A model generated the notes under the pieces. That model worked only from the letters and a program-made list of their open reading frames with translations, searched no databases and had not been told where the DNA came from. DNA of 64,000 nt, taken from contig PNXV01005434.1 in assembly GCA_013239625.1 (NCBI GenBank), positions 62,001 to 126,000 of the forward strand, read 5' to 3'. Below are positions 24,561-37,577 of this stretch, piece by piece. The stretch comes from Lama guanicoe (lineage: Eukaryota). The position numbers were made by a program, and so were the translations under genes. Position 1 is the first letter of the stretch. Every line of letters starts with the position of its first letter.

Positions 24561-27500
24561 CACATTCCATAAAATAACAATAATTTTCAGTAAATAAATT
24601 GAGCTGCATGTAGCCCATCTACAAAAGTTATCACTGAACACCTTATAAATTTAATAGAATGTTTGAATTCTATTTTTCATCAAAACAAAATCCACACATA
24701 GGATTCAGAATTTCTTTTATTGAAAGGTTATATGAATTTAACTATAAAGCATAAAATAAATTGTTGAAACTGGCCACTAGTGAGCTCTGAAGATAAAATA
24801 ATGAAAATACAGCATCGCTTGCATAATTTTGAATAAAATATAAAATGTTCTTATAATGATTAAATTTCTTTAAAATCACGTGTTCCATTTTATTCGGTAG
24901 ACCTTTGTCAGATAGATTTCCTTACTCTTCACATTAGAAAAAAAATAAACAAAACACACAAAATTTGGTTTAGACGTAAATTATTGCCTACAAGTAACAC
25001 TGTCATCAATCCAACCTATGTCAGACAAATTAACAAGAACAATGTGCACTCATTTGATACCTTAAAAGGTGAAGTTATTGATACACATGGTGTTGCTTCA
25101 AAAGGTATTTAAGGCTTTCACTTTTCACTATAACTTTTGTTTAATTTTAATCGCAGAATGACAAACTCTCATGATGCATGTTCTCTACATTAACCACCTG
25201 TACGCATACTCTCAAAAAAAGTGTGTATGATTTCTGTAAGTCCTTTATTTTTCACCTGTGTTTATTTTGGTTGTATTTACCGTAATATATTTTATGTCTT
25301 TTGCATGTAATAATAGAAGCAAGACTTGTGTATTCGACATTTATTTTTCAGTTTTATTTTTTCTACTAATTTATCTTTTGTACTTTACAGAAGTATTAAT
25401 CTGCAGCTTTTAGACATTAAAATTGTTAAAATTGTTATGATTCCTCATCAACAGTTCGAGAAGACCTGACCTAGAGACCGTTCTCTACGCACGTCCACAT
25501 ATGTGCAATCTGCATTTGTGACGCAGCGATTTCCTTCTGCTGCTGAATGAGCTGGTATTGCTGTTCTGTGGATTCCAACTCACTCTGGGCTGTGTCCTCT
25601 CAAGTTCAGACGTAGAAATAAAATAGTAAAGGTCAATCTGAATATACAGTCATATCATATTCTCGAATCCAATACTACCAGAAATAAAGTTCAGACTTTT
25701 ATATCCACTGTCTGACTCTTCTACTTATCTCACAGTTAGGTTGCAAAAGGAAGTAGAGAATGTGTGAGTAATTATTAGCTTTCAAATGCAAATCATAGCA
25801 TCAAGCTACGGGACTGTTTACAAACCTCATCCACCGAGATTCCATTCAGTTGCCTACATCCACGCAGGCTGGCTAATGAGCGCCCCTATTTCTCACTGCC
25901 CGACCCCTGCAGCCCCTAAGCAATGCATCATCACCATGGATGGCTCCTCCATCAACCCAAGCTTTCAGATCTTTGAAATGCATGGTTTCCCACCTAGGCT
26001 CAAGCAATACCCTCCCTCAGGCAGGTCCCATTCCCCTTATTCTTGAGGCTCAGCTTCTTTGTGTTCTTCAAGACAATCTCTGAAATGAACTCTTCCAGGA
26101 AACTTTCTTGGACTGCAAGGAATGGTTGTGTATGCTTCCTTTGTGCTTCCCTAACACCCTACCTCAATCATTGCAATACATAAAACTGCCTGAGTAAATC
26201 ACCTACTTTTGTAATTTACCCTTTTGCTAAACTACAAGCTTCTTGGTTGTAAGCAGCAGGTGTACTGGCTCTGTATCTCTACTCCCAGTTTGTATGCATT
26301 TGCTTTCAAATAACAGGTACTTTGAGAATGCTATTGGACTGAAATTACGACATAAATCTTTTGTAAATTTATTTAGTAATATTAAGTTCAAAATGGCAGA
26401 TACAAGGCATGAAACCTCCAACTGCCCCCTTTCTTCCAAGGCAAATGTTGTAAATCTATTCTACAACTCATCTTTGGTAAGCCCTACATTATTCTTCTGA
26501 ATATAGTAACTATGTGAAGTTGCCTTTGGCATATGACAGAGCATATACACAGTCTCTGGTCTAGGCACATGGTCTGGCTAAGATTGCAGCAAATGGGATG
26601 GTGGAGTGAGTAGGGCTAAAAATCCAAGAGGCAACAAAAATGGAATCACAAAGACTTAAAGAATGGCATGTATGGGACATCTTGAAAAGAGGATGTTACG
26701 GACACATTTATGGATCCCTACTATTTGTAGAATACAGTTCTAAGTTCTGAGTTGAGGAAGATAATAAGTCAATTCCTCTGTTGATAATGTCTTAATATCT
26801 AATATCTAACATGAGAGATGGGAATTTGCAGAAAGGAATAGATGTAGGGCAAGACCATTTATGTGTGAGCAAGTTAACTGCTGATTTTTGTATAATAATC
26901 CTCTTTAATCCAAAGCAGAATATGTGATTTAATTCATGATTTGACAATGGGACAGAATATTTGCAACCAGTCTCACCAGAAGGAGCCATCAGCAGCTAGG
27001 GCAGTAAATTTACACTTGAGGGAAGAGCAAAACCGGGCTTAACTTGTTTTCTCCTCCCATAAACAGAAAAAGGGTGGGAGGATTTTAAACGACAATGATG
27101 ATCTCTGCTTTGAACATGATGAGTCTGAGATGAGAATATCAGTGAAAATTAGTGAAAATCCTAACATAACAGCTAATATTAGAACAGTGTTTTACAGCCT
27201 GTGATGCACATTCATCTCCATTTTGCTTTTAAAACTAGTACTTAAATTTATCAAGAAGATCACATATTAAAAACTAAGATATAGAATTACCAACCAGCAG
27301 AGTCACCATTAAGCCACAGTAATAAAGGAACTCTGCCGAGAAGGGTAGAAAAATAATAACAGATAACTGGCCCAAAGACAGAGGATGGGAGAAGAAAATG
27401 GAGACCGTGCAGGAGACAGTCCCTTCCTTTGTTGGTTTTTCTAGGTCATTAAGCCTCCGTGGGAGCCATTCGTGCGTGTCAGTGAATAACCATGGGTTTG

Positions 27501-28834
27501 AGTTCCTACCAGGATGAAAGGAGTGTGTACTTTTAAATGATCTCAGCTCAGACTCTATTTATTTATTATTCCTTCAGCAAACTTGTAAAAATATCAGCTC
27601 TTGGCCAATCCATGTACTCAGCAAAATGGAAATGACAAGAAGAGTTTAAAAGATAACCTCTTCTGATACAGCATTTTTGGCAAGCTGACACAGAAAGCTG
27701 AGTCCTCATTTAGTCAGTGGCATGACTACCGACTAGTGGGGTTCACGAGGACGATAAAGACAGGCTCCGACAGCCCCGGATTCTCTGGAGTCTGTTTTCA
27801 GAGGAGAGAGGCTGTGTTCAGTGGGGATATCACCGAATTGGAGGGCAGCAGATTCTACTCTAGCTCCACATTTGTAACTCTTTGCTATGTGCTTTGGAAA
27901 ACTCATTTTCACTCTGTTTCCTCTTGCAAGAATGAGGTCTGGATGATTCCCGTCCCCTGGGGTCTGGCCCTGCCCCTCCTCATCCCTTACTCCTATCCCA
28001 CCTCCCTCTGCTCCAGCCACACTGCCTTTCTACTAACTCTCCTCCTGCCATTGTCTTCCTCACCCATCACTTTATTAGGCTTCATTTTTCTATTGACTAT
28101 ATTACTATTTGAAAGTAACAAACATTTGTTTTCCTGCTTCTTCTTTGTCACGCTCCCTGGAATATAAGCTCCGCAGAAGCAGGGCAGAGCCTCTCCCTGT
28201 TATTGATCTTCATATCCTGAATGCTTAGAACAAAATTTGGAATATAGTATATACTCAATAAACAATTTCCAGATGAATAGATAATTTTCAAAACAATTAT
28301 TGGAAGAACTCTGGATATCTCTTTGATTATGACGTATTTTCTCCACACTAATGCTCATGGAATTTGAATGCATCTTACGTTGAATGTATTACTTTGCTGT
28401 AGTTTTCTCCTTCCCACCGCACTCCTCACTACAGAAATGTATTTTGTAATTGATTTTCTCTTTTAATCAAGGAAATGCACTCTGTAGATAAGAACTCCAC
28501 AAGTCCTCTGGCCATTTTTTTTTCTTTAGTGTCCAAACAAATTGGCTTGAGGTCTCATCTATGTATTGTGGGCAGTCCAGCCCTCTTCTCAGTCTCCACC
28601 TACTTTGGGCCATGTTCTCCTGGGCACCATCTCTGAAGCTCACTTTCTCAATATGTCTTGGAGTCTAGGAGCTACTCTTTCCTCCCAGCATAGGTGCCAA
28701 CAATTCTGGCATTCATAACTATATTCTCCCGCTCCCATTATAGCACTGGTGATAGAACTTCCTGCTTATAACAGACTTGTACCGAAAGGTTTTTGGGGGT
28801 GGGGTGGGAGGGTGACATTTAAAGGGAACTACAG

Positions 28835-28979
28835 GTCTCAAAAAACTTATAAAACTGTGCCTTGATTTCTAACTAGCGAAACAGTTCTCAGAACTTTCTG
28901 AGATGCTCTTCCCGGCTTATCATCCTCAAATTTGGCTTAAATGAAATTTTCCATTTCTTTTTTTAAAAACAGAAAAAAA
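28835..28979 (+). mobile_element. LTR-like fragment with A-rich tail flanked by a perfect 15-bp TSD
   Basis: TAAAGGGAACTACAG at 28820-28834 and 28980-28994. Interior aacagttctcagaactttctgagatgctcttcccgg...atcctcaaatttggct resembles an ERV1 LTR region, followed by aaaaacagaaaaaaa. Confidence 0.7.
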
Positions 28980-29454
28980 TAAAGGGAACTACAGAAACAT
29001 AACATGGACAATAATTAGAGCTGATATTATCATAAATGCCCTAAATCCATCGACTAATCCCCTAAATGAAAATTTTCTTCTTGATAGTTTCAGTTTTAGT
29101 CTCTCTTCTTCAGTGTCTCTGTCCCATTTAACACATCTTCCTTTTTCCGTAAGTGCGAATCTCAATTTCCACATTTTTACTGCTTTTTCTATATGGAGTA
29201 ATTTAGCTCTTTGTCTTCCCCTCCTTCTTTCTGAGCATATCCTGTGCAACTTCATGTTCCACAAGCAAGCAGGTCTTCCAGGGTTTTTTTATACATACAA
29301 CAATTTCTTTCATATAGATTATGTCACCTTCTTGGTACACAAAATCACTTGTAGACAGTTCTTACTTTAAATATCATTTGCTTTTTTTTAAAATTCTGGA
29401 TACATTAATAGACATTATAAACTTATCTTAGCTTTTCCATTGGGCAGTGGAACA

Positions 29455-30401
29455 TCATTCTTTACCTTTGGTAGAAAATAGTATTATGACCTTATCTCTG
29501 ATCTGCTTGGTCTTTACTCCATAAACAATGGGGTTGAGTGCAGGTGGGATGATAATGTAAAGGTTGGCAAACATGATGTGGAAGGTGAGGGAGACATTGT
29601 GTCCAAAGCGATGGGCAAGAATGGAGAAGAAGGCAAGTGTATAAAACATGAGGATGACACAGACATGGGACCACAGGTACCAAGGGCCTTCTGGCGTGCT
29701 TCTTGGGAGGGGAGGCGAAAGACAACACAGAGGATGAGCGTATAAGAAACAGCAATGAGGATCACATCGGAGATGACCGTCATGATGGGAACACAAAAGC
29801 CATACCAGATGTTGATGGAGATATCAGCACAGGCCAGCCGGGCAACTCCGATATGTTCACAGTATGTGTGGGGTATGATGCGTGTTCTGCAGAAAGGCAA
29901 GCGTGTGAGCAAGAAAACATCTGGCAGGATGATGCAGAAGCTTCGAAAAGAGATGCCCACAGCAATCTTGATGATGGTCTTGGGGGTTAAGATAGTGGTG
30001 TATCTCAAGGGAGAACAGATGGCCACATAGCAGTCAAATGCCATGGCCATCAGGATTGCTGAGTCCAGGACAAAGCTATAGTGGAGGAAGAACATTTGTG
30101 TAAGACACCCTGAGAATGTGATTTCTCGAGCCCTAAGCCAAAAGATACTAAGTGTTTTAGGAACTCCCACTGTGGACAGGATGAGGTCAGTCATGGCCAG
30201 TATGGAAAGAAAGAAGAACATGGGTTCGTGAAGGCTACGCTCCACCATGATGAGGTAGAGAAGGATGCAGTTTCCCATAACAGCCACAATATAGATGATA
30301 CAGAAGGGAATCCCAATCCACACATGGGCTTGCTCCAGGCCTGGGATCCCCACCAGAATGAAGGGTCCTGGGTTGTAACTGCTTAGGTTGAAAATGACCA
30401 T
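29455..30401 (-). pseudogene. OR52H1: OR52H1 orthologue with a single -1 frameshift in TM6
   Basis: MVIFNLSSYNPGPFILVGIPGLEQ matches recalled human OR52H1. One base is missing at TGT GGT [T]CC CAT (about 29670); the C-terminus [10 protein letters not shown]...[13 protein letters not shown] continues in the other frame to the stop at 29455. Also MAFDCY instead of DRY. Confidence 0.85.
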
Positions 30402-31569
30402 GGCAGACAAGGTGACACACGTCCCAGCTCCTGAGGACAGTGGGTGATAAAGGACAGTCAGAGTCACTCTCACTTCCAACCACTCATCATTACTGACTCC
30501 TAAAGGTAAGGTGATCGGCTAATTTATCATTCAAAGTAGGGCACCTTTGAAGTGATAAAAGGTTGGTGTTAGAACAATGGTGGGTAACACGCACAAACCA
30601 GATTGTCTCAGATGTATTGGGATGTATGGGCATTCTATCGAGAACATCTTCTTTCTTTTGGCCACCTCTGTTGATTTACACAACTTTTCCAGGCAGCTTC
30701 CCATATTGGCTATAATCACTTTTTTCATTATACTGTATACCCTTGATACAAGCTAACAAATGACAGGGTGTACTTTCCCATAGGTTGGTGGATTATAGTT
30801 TATATGATGTTACATACATTATTAGTTAAGATCTGTCACTGTGGATTATCAATCTCTGCCCCAAGACAATTACTTATTCTTTTCAAGGCCACCTGATAAC
30901 TGTGGCTCTTAGATATGTGAAGTCAATACCACTTTACTGTCATCCAAAAATTCAGTTCAACAAACACTACCTAGGTTCCTACACTATGCTGAAAAACAGG
31001 TGTAACTTAAACTTAAATTTTTAAAGTACTTTACAGTTGAGCTTCATGAGCCCTTGCTCCTACAAAAATACTGTTTTCTGCCACCCTAACACTATACAGC
31101 TGCATAATATCTCAATATTTTGAATTTAATAACATTATTGGTCAAGACTTCCGTACAAAAGACGAATTTTTTTCTTTTTAAATACATATTCTATTAGATA
31201 GACACATAAACTCCAGGACGTATAGTCTCTTAGATATACAAACGTACTTAGTAGTACTTAAAATCTCAAGCATACCTTGACCTATACTTACATTCTCACA
31301 TGCATTTTACCATAATTTATTAACCCACACATAATCTTACACAAGGCAAACTCCCTTCCCCCACCTCTGTCTTACACAGATCTACACGTGTGCACACATG
31401 CATGTGCACACATACCCACATGCACATACCATAGCCTCACAAGCACACACACCAAGGAAAATATAAACAAAAGATTTCATGCCTGAATTTTGACACTGCC
31501 ATTTTCTTTGTAAATTCCCAAAACCTTTACTCTGGGAGTTAATCTTTTAAAGACTAGATTCTTGAAATT

Positions 31570-31932
31570 TTACCATTTGCTCCAACAGGGATGGACTTGG
31601 AGGGCATTATGCTAAATGAAATAAGTCAGACAGAGAAAGACAAATACTGTATGATATCACTAATATGGGGAATCTAAAAAAAAAAATACAACAAACTAGT
31701 CAGTATAAAAAAAGAAGCAGACCCACAGATACAGAGAACAAACTAGTGGTTACCAGTGGACACACGGGGGGTGGGGACGGACAATCAAGGGGAGGGGTGT
31801 GGGAGGTACAAGCTATAGGGTGTGACAGGCTACAAGGATGTGCTGTACAACACGGGGAATATAGCCAGTATTTTGTAATAACTGCAAATGGAGTGTAACC
31901 TTTAAAAATTGTATTAAGAAAAAGAAAAAAAA
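31570..31932 (+). mobile_element. L1 3' end (ORF2 tail plus 3'UTR)
   Basis: atggacttggagggcattatgctaaatgaaataagtcagacagagaaagacaaatactgtatgatatcact...acagagaacaaactagtggttaccagt, ending in an A-rich tail. Confidence 0.85.
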
Positions 31933-34900
31933 AGATTCATTTTTCAAGTAGGAACAAAGGTGAGCTGTTCCCTCGAGGCTAGAAGAGAAGGAAAGGGGGC
32001 AGCTGTAGACTCCTGTTGTTTGCTGGACAAGGATGTTTGTGATTCAGTTGTCCAAGTTATGATTAAATAACATCATGCACAAAAAAAGGCTAGGTTCTTC
32101 AATTTTCTTCCTTCTCCAGTAATGCATCTACATAGAAAGTGATTTAAAATTTAGAAATAACCAACCATATCACAAGGCCAGGGACTCCCAAGATCAGCAC
32201 TAGGGAAGAGTTTGTGACAGCCACATGCCTCAGATACTTAACCTGACAAGGCCAAAACTCAGGCCCAACCTTCTCCCTCCCCTCACTTTGATCACATTCT
32301 TAGGCCCAGACCACCACACCTTCCATCTCCCAGGCCAGTGCTTAGTTTCTCCACTCTTCCAATTTTGCCAAAGAGAAATCAGGCACTCTTTTCTTTCGGA
32401 CCTTCCCTTATCGATAAGTAAAATCATATTTTTTATAGCAACTTAAACACTCCTCAACAGTGTCTCATCATTCATATGTTCTGGGTTCTGGGAACACAGT
32501 CCAGAGTTCAGACGGTGGTCCACAGTCCAGCCCCTTCCTTACATGATCATCTGTTCCAATCATCGGCATTCATTTGATGGAGTGTGTATCCAAGTACAGG
32601 AGACCATGACTTCAGCTTATAAATGGGAGTTGCTCGGGACAGAAAGTTACAGTGCTCAGTCCATGCCCTAGAAAATGGAGCCCTGAGCTTTTCATTCACT
32701 CTCTCTCCAAATCCTAGTCCCAAACAAACCCCGCCAAACAGCCAGCACTCACCCAGTCTTGGGGCTTGGGTCAAACGGAAAGAAGAAAGATTGTGCTGAT
32801 AGTCACACAGAAAACCTGTAAGAGGCGGGGACACACCAACCAAAGAAATAAGTGGAGGGGAAAGGAAAAGACTCAAAGGTTTAGTCCCTGCTCATTTATT
32901 TATTTTTTTCTGTCCATTGTTCAATGTGAGGAAGAGGTAAATAGTTAGGGCCTGAGGGACCTTAACACCCTCTCTTCTCACTCTCAAGGAAAAGAGTATA
33001 AAGAAGATTATATTAACCCTGCCCATGCCTGTGAGTTAACACTACCTCAGAGTTTATTTATCTTATGCAATTATAGGTGAGCTATATGCCCGCAGGTGTG
33101 TGGCCTTGTGTGTGCCCACTTGTCTGATCACCTAGGTTTTGAGCTCATGCCCTCACCAGGGAAAGGACTTTGAATATGGTACTTCATATCTATTAAAAGG
33201 TGATGATGTCTTACCTACTTCTCAAGATTATATAAGGATTGACAAATTAAATAGGGCAGTGCTTATAAAATGCTTAACACAGTGGCGGACTCACCGTGCA
33301 CCTGTTAAAATGATTATACGGTCCATTTCAAGATAGCCTAACATTGCCTTTCAGAGTAAGGATCCAGGATCTTCATTCATAAGCTCTACAATGCATTTGT
33401 GCATCTTTTCTTTTCCCCTGAAGGACTGGTTTTATATGTGGATGAGAGCATAAAGACTGGAAAACAGGAAAGTGGGTTGGAACTGTCTACATCAGGGCAG
33501 AAGTGGAACAAAAACTGGATGCAGATTCCTCTGAAGGACCACATGGGATGGACCTGCCGGGCACCAAAGGGCTCTTTGAAACATCCTAGGCTAAATATCC
33601 CACTTTAGCTTCAAAATCGTCTGGTCCCAAAGTGCATTCACTGCCCCCTCTCCAAACCTGTTCTTTCAGTGTTCCAAAGTTTAGCAAATGTCACACCTCA
33701 CTACTTAGATGAATTTTTTAAACTACATCGTGCTGCTGTTTCCTCCTAAAGATCTCTTGAATCCATTCTCTTCTCTGTCTCCAGTGCCCAGCTACCATCA
33801 TCATCTCTTCCCTAAGGTACTCTAATAGCCTCCTAAAGTATCATTTTATTTCTGTTTTGTCTCCCTCAGTGCATTTTCCACACTGAGGACGGACTGCTCT
33901 TTCCAAAATGTACATCAGACTATGTTGTTCCTTGGCTTAAATCTCATTTTGTTCTCATTGGAATCTTTACTTGCTGTATCTTCTACTTCTATTTATCTTC
34001 ATCCTGGTCTTTGGGAGGCTGTCATCTTTTCATTATTTGAGACTCAACACAAAATGAAACTTCATTATAAACGTATCGTTGGTTAAAACAAATAATTAAT
34101 GAAATACATTCCTGTGGGGATACGTTTAGATCTGCCTGTTGGTACTGTGAGGAGTCCCAGATCTCAGTTCGTATCTAAGAGGCTTTTGTCCTACAACTCT
34201 AACAGCCAGCTTAATTTCCCTACGTGTGGTAAATCCAGTCTTTCTGCCTATATGTCTACAAAGATATTCAACAATAACCCTGAATACTGGGCTTTAAGAG
34301 TGCTCCTTTTTTGCCTTTATCTAGTCCACAGGCAGCTTTCCTTCTGGTTGGACACTGAGCACAAATAATTCCATTGACAATGGCTATCTTTTTATATCTA
34401 ACATTGAGACTATTGAAAATATCAGTCAAATGCACACCAGTGTTTAGTTTGATGTACTATTGAGTTTTCTTGGGCCAATATTTTTAAAGGAAAAGTACGT
34501 ACATTTAAGTAGTGAAAATTCCCAGTTCTTACCTTCAGAGTACTCTGGGATGATATGGATATTTATGGAGACATTTGTCCTTTTTGACTAGATTTAGTGG
34601 AAAAGAACTGGCCATAGGTAAGTTGTATGTATTTTATATGAACACCTGGTCCAAACAAAAGGTTGTGAAGAACTTACTTAGAGCTTAATGTTTCCATAAC
34701 CTGGTTTAATAAAAGCATATTTTTCTAGTAAATCAGTTACTGATTTTCATTGGACTAAAATACAAACATATTCTGGTGTCCCTTCTCTATTTATAATTCA
34801 CACCCTAAAAATGTAAGCCACACCCCCCACTCTTCACCCCCAATTAAGTAACAGCAAACAACAAACCAACTATTACTTTACATACGAATGTTACGGTTCT

Positions 34901-36623
34901 ATCAGCACAATGTAGGAGAGGTGCCTCAGCAGACAGCTGGTCCTGCGACCTGGCATTGTCATCCGGGAGCACAAATCAGCTATGTCGGCAGAATGGAAGC
35001 CCCCACAATTCAATTACTATCATGTATGTAACAATTTGTTCAACTGGAAATCATGTTAGTCTTTTTTTTTTATGATTAAGAGATGAAGTGGTTAAAATGA
35101 CGAAGGTGGAAATTTCCATATGCTGGGTTTAATATTTTGTACATATTCATTTTGACCCCTGTCAATTACTTGAACTCCCATTTAGCGATTTCGTACAACA
35201 TGGAATCAGAGTTATTTCACAGGGACTCCTTAGCCTCAGACAGAGATATTCTGTTGGTTTGTTTCTAATTGTTTTTTCTTTTGGCTCTACTTTCTCTTCT
35301 CCTTAAACTTCAGACTACCTTTATTTATACAGATAATGTTGAAAACAACATGTGTGGCTGTCACCCAGTAAAATGATATACTAAAATTTGACTCCCTGAG
35401 GTCAAAGACCATATGCTTCTTATTAAAATTTTATGTTGAGAATTATTATAGAAATATAAATCTAGGGACATGAATGGAGTGGTAGTGTGGAGATGGGAAA
35501 GCAGTCTAGAAGGAGAGATACCATGTAGAACCTTGGTAGTTTGATTCAGATGAAAAGTGATGAGTGTTTGAACCAAAGTGGTAAGAGAAGGGGTGTTTAC
35601 ACCAGACTGGGGAATCTGAGAGGTCGTCTGGAAAGAAGCAGTAGGCTTTAAGATCATAGTGGATATGGGAGGAAACCTGACATCAGCTACCATTGGCACC
35701 CACCAAATACCAAAAATAGTTATTTCTTAACTGATTCAGAAACTAAAGGACTTACTAGACCAAGTTAGGCATACTGGATTTGAAGAGATAATGAATAATA
35801 TAAATGGAGATACACTTTGGCATGAGACTACAATTTTTCTGAGATATACAAGAGAGTTGGGACCAGCAGTGCTTCTAATTGGTCAAGTCTGAAACCCACA
35901 TCTTAGTCTGTATGTGCTTTTCTATCTTATTGGCCATAAGAATTTGGCTTCCTCTGTGTATTCCTTCTTAGGGGACTCTACCCATCCACATCGCATTTGG
36001 GTTTCTCAAAATTAAGTAAAAAATGAGCTTTAGATTTCATCATTGCCTTCTTCCTTTGTCTCAAATAAACCCCTGCGCTCTCAATTTAATAACTACATGG
36101 GTATTTGCCATTCATTTATTTGCTAAACAATGCTTATGCACACAGTACATGCCAAGACTTATGCTTCAAGCTGTCCAGGAACGGAATGAAGCAACCAAAC
36201 TAAAACTCTAGGAGCTCGCAGCATCATCATGGTAGAAATTCCTTGTACTACTATGATGTATAAACTACTCTGATGTATAAATCTGAAAAAAAAATCAGAT
36301 TCCTTAGAAGTATCTTTGTAAAGAAAAAGAGACACTAATCATTTTGTTTTCATTTAAAGTTTTGCAATTACCTTAGGGAATTTAAAAGAAATTAAATTCT
36401 TTTAGGTTCCAGAAACAAAAATATATGTTATTTCCTAGACTAAAAAAATTTTTAGAATGGCTGAGAAGACTTCTGCCTAAAGCAACAAAGGAAGCAAAAC
36501 CGCGTTTCTGACTAATAAGGAATTTTTTCATTAGGCTCTTCTCTGGGGCCAAAGCAACAAGTGCAGTCTTGAACCTAATGTACACTAGGAACTTGCCCCT
36601 GCCTCCTAGGCTTCAGGCAAACA

Positions 36624-37577
36624 TCAGTGGGACCCCTTAGGAAACAGGAGAAGAATGATTTTGTCTCGGATCTGCTTGGTCTTGACCCCATAGACAATAG
36701 GGTTGAGTGCAGGTGGGATGATAACATAGAGGTTGGCAAACATAATGTGAAAGGTATGAGGGACATTATGTCCAAAGCGATGTGCAAGGATGGAAAAGAA
36801 AGCTGGTATATAGAATATAAGGATGACACAGACATGGGACCCACAGGTGCCCAGGGCCTTCTGGCGAGCATCTCGGGAGGGGAGGCAAAAAACAGCACAG
36901 AGGATGAGAGTGTACGAGACAGCAATTAGAATCACATCTATAATCACCGTCATGATTGGAACACAAAACCCATACCAGATATTGATGGAGATATCAGCAC
37001 AGGCAAGCCGGGCAACACTTATGTGCTCACAGTATGTGTGGGGAATGTTGTGTGTCCTACAGAAGGGCAGACGATTTACAAGGAAAACGCATGGGACAAA
37101 AACACAGAAACTCCTGAAGATGATTCCCAGAGCAATTTTGACAGTGGTCCTGGTCGTCAGGATAGTGGTGTATCTCAAGGGTAAGCAGATGGCCACGTAG
37201 CGGTCAAAGGCCATGGCCATCAGTATAGCTGAGTCTAGAACAAAGCTGTAATGCAGGAAGAATAATTGGGTGAGACAGCCAGGGAAACTGATTTTCTGAG
37301 GACCAAACCAGAAGACGCTGAGAGTTTTGGGGACACAGGTGGTAGACAATATGAGATCAGTAATAGCCAGCACAGAAAGGAAAAAGCACATGGGTGCATG
37401 AAGACTGCACTCCACTGTAATGAGGTAGAGAAGGATGCTATTACCCACAATGGCCACAAGATAGATAAAACAGAAGGGGATGCTGATCCAGATGTGGTAC
37501 TGCTCAAGTCCAGGGATGCCCAGAAGGGTGAAGGCACCTGTGTTGTAGCCAGTCAGGTTGTAGGTGGCCATTGACAT
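36624..37577 (-). CDS. Intact class I olfactory receptor, OR52H subfamily (probably the OR52H2 position), 317 aa
   Basis: N-glycosylation site [52 protein letters not shown]; no disruption. Acceptor TTTTAG| with exon start at 37598. Confidence 0.92.
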   Translation of the reverse strand: MSMATYNLTGYNTGAFTLLGIPGLEQYHIWISIPFCFIYLVAIVGNSILLYLITVECSLHAPMCFFLSVLAITDLILSTTCVPKTLSVFWFGPQKISFPGCLTQLFFLHYSFVLDSAILMAMAFDRYVAICLPLRYTTILTTRTTVKIALGIIFRSFCVFVPCVFLVNRLPFCRTHNIPHTYCEHISVARLACADISINIWYGFCVPIMTVIIDVILIAVSYTLILCAVFCLPSRDARQKALGTCGSHVCVILIFYIPAFFSILAHRFGHNVPHTFHIMFANLYVIIPPALNPIVYGVKTKQIRDKIILLLFPKGSH

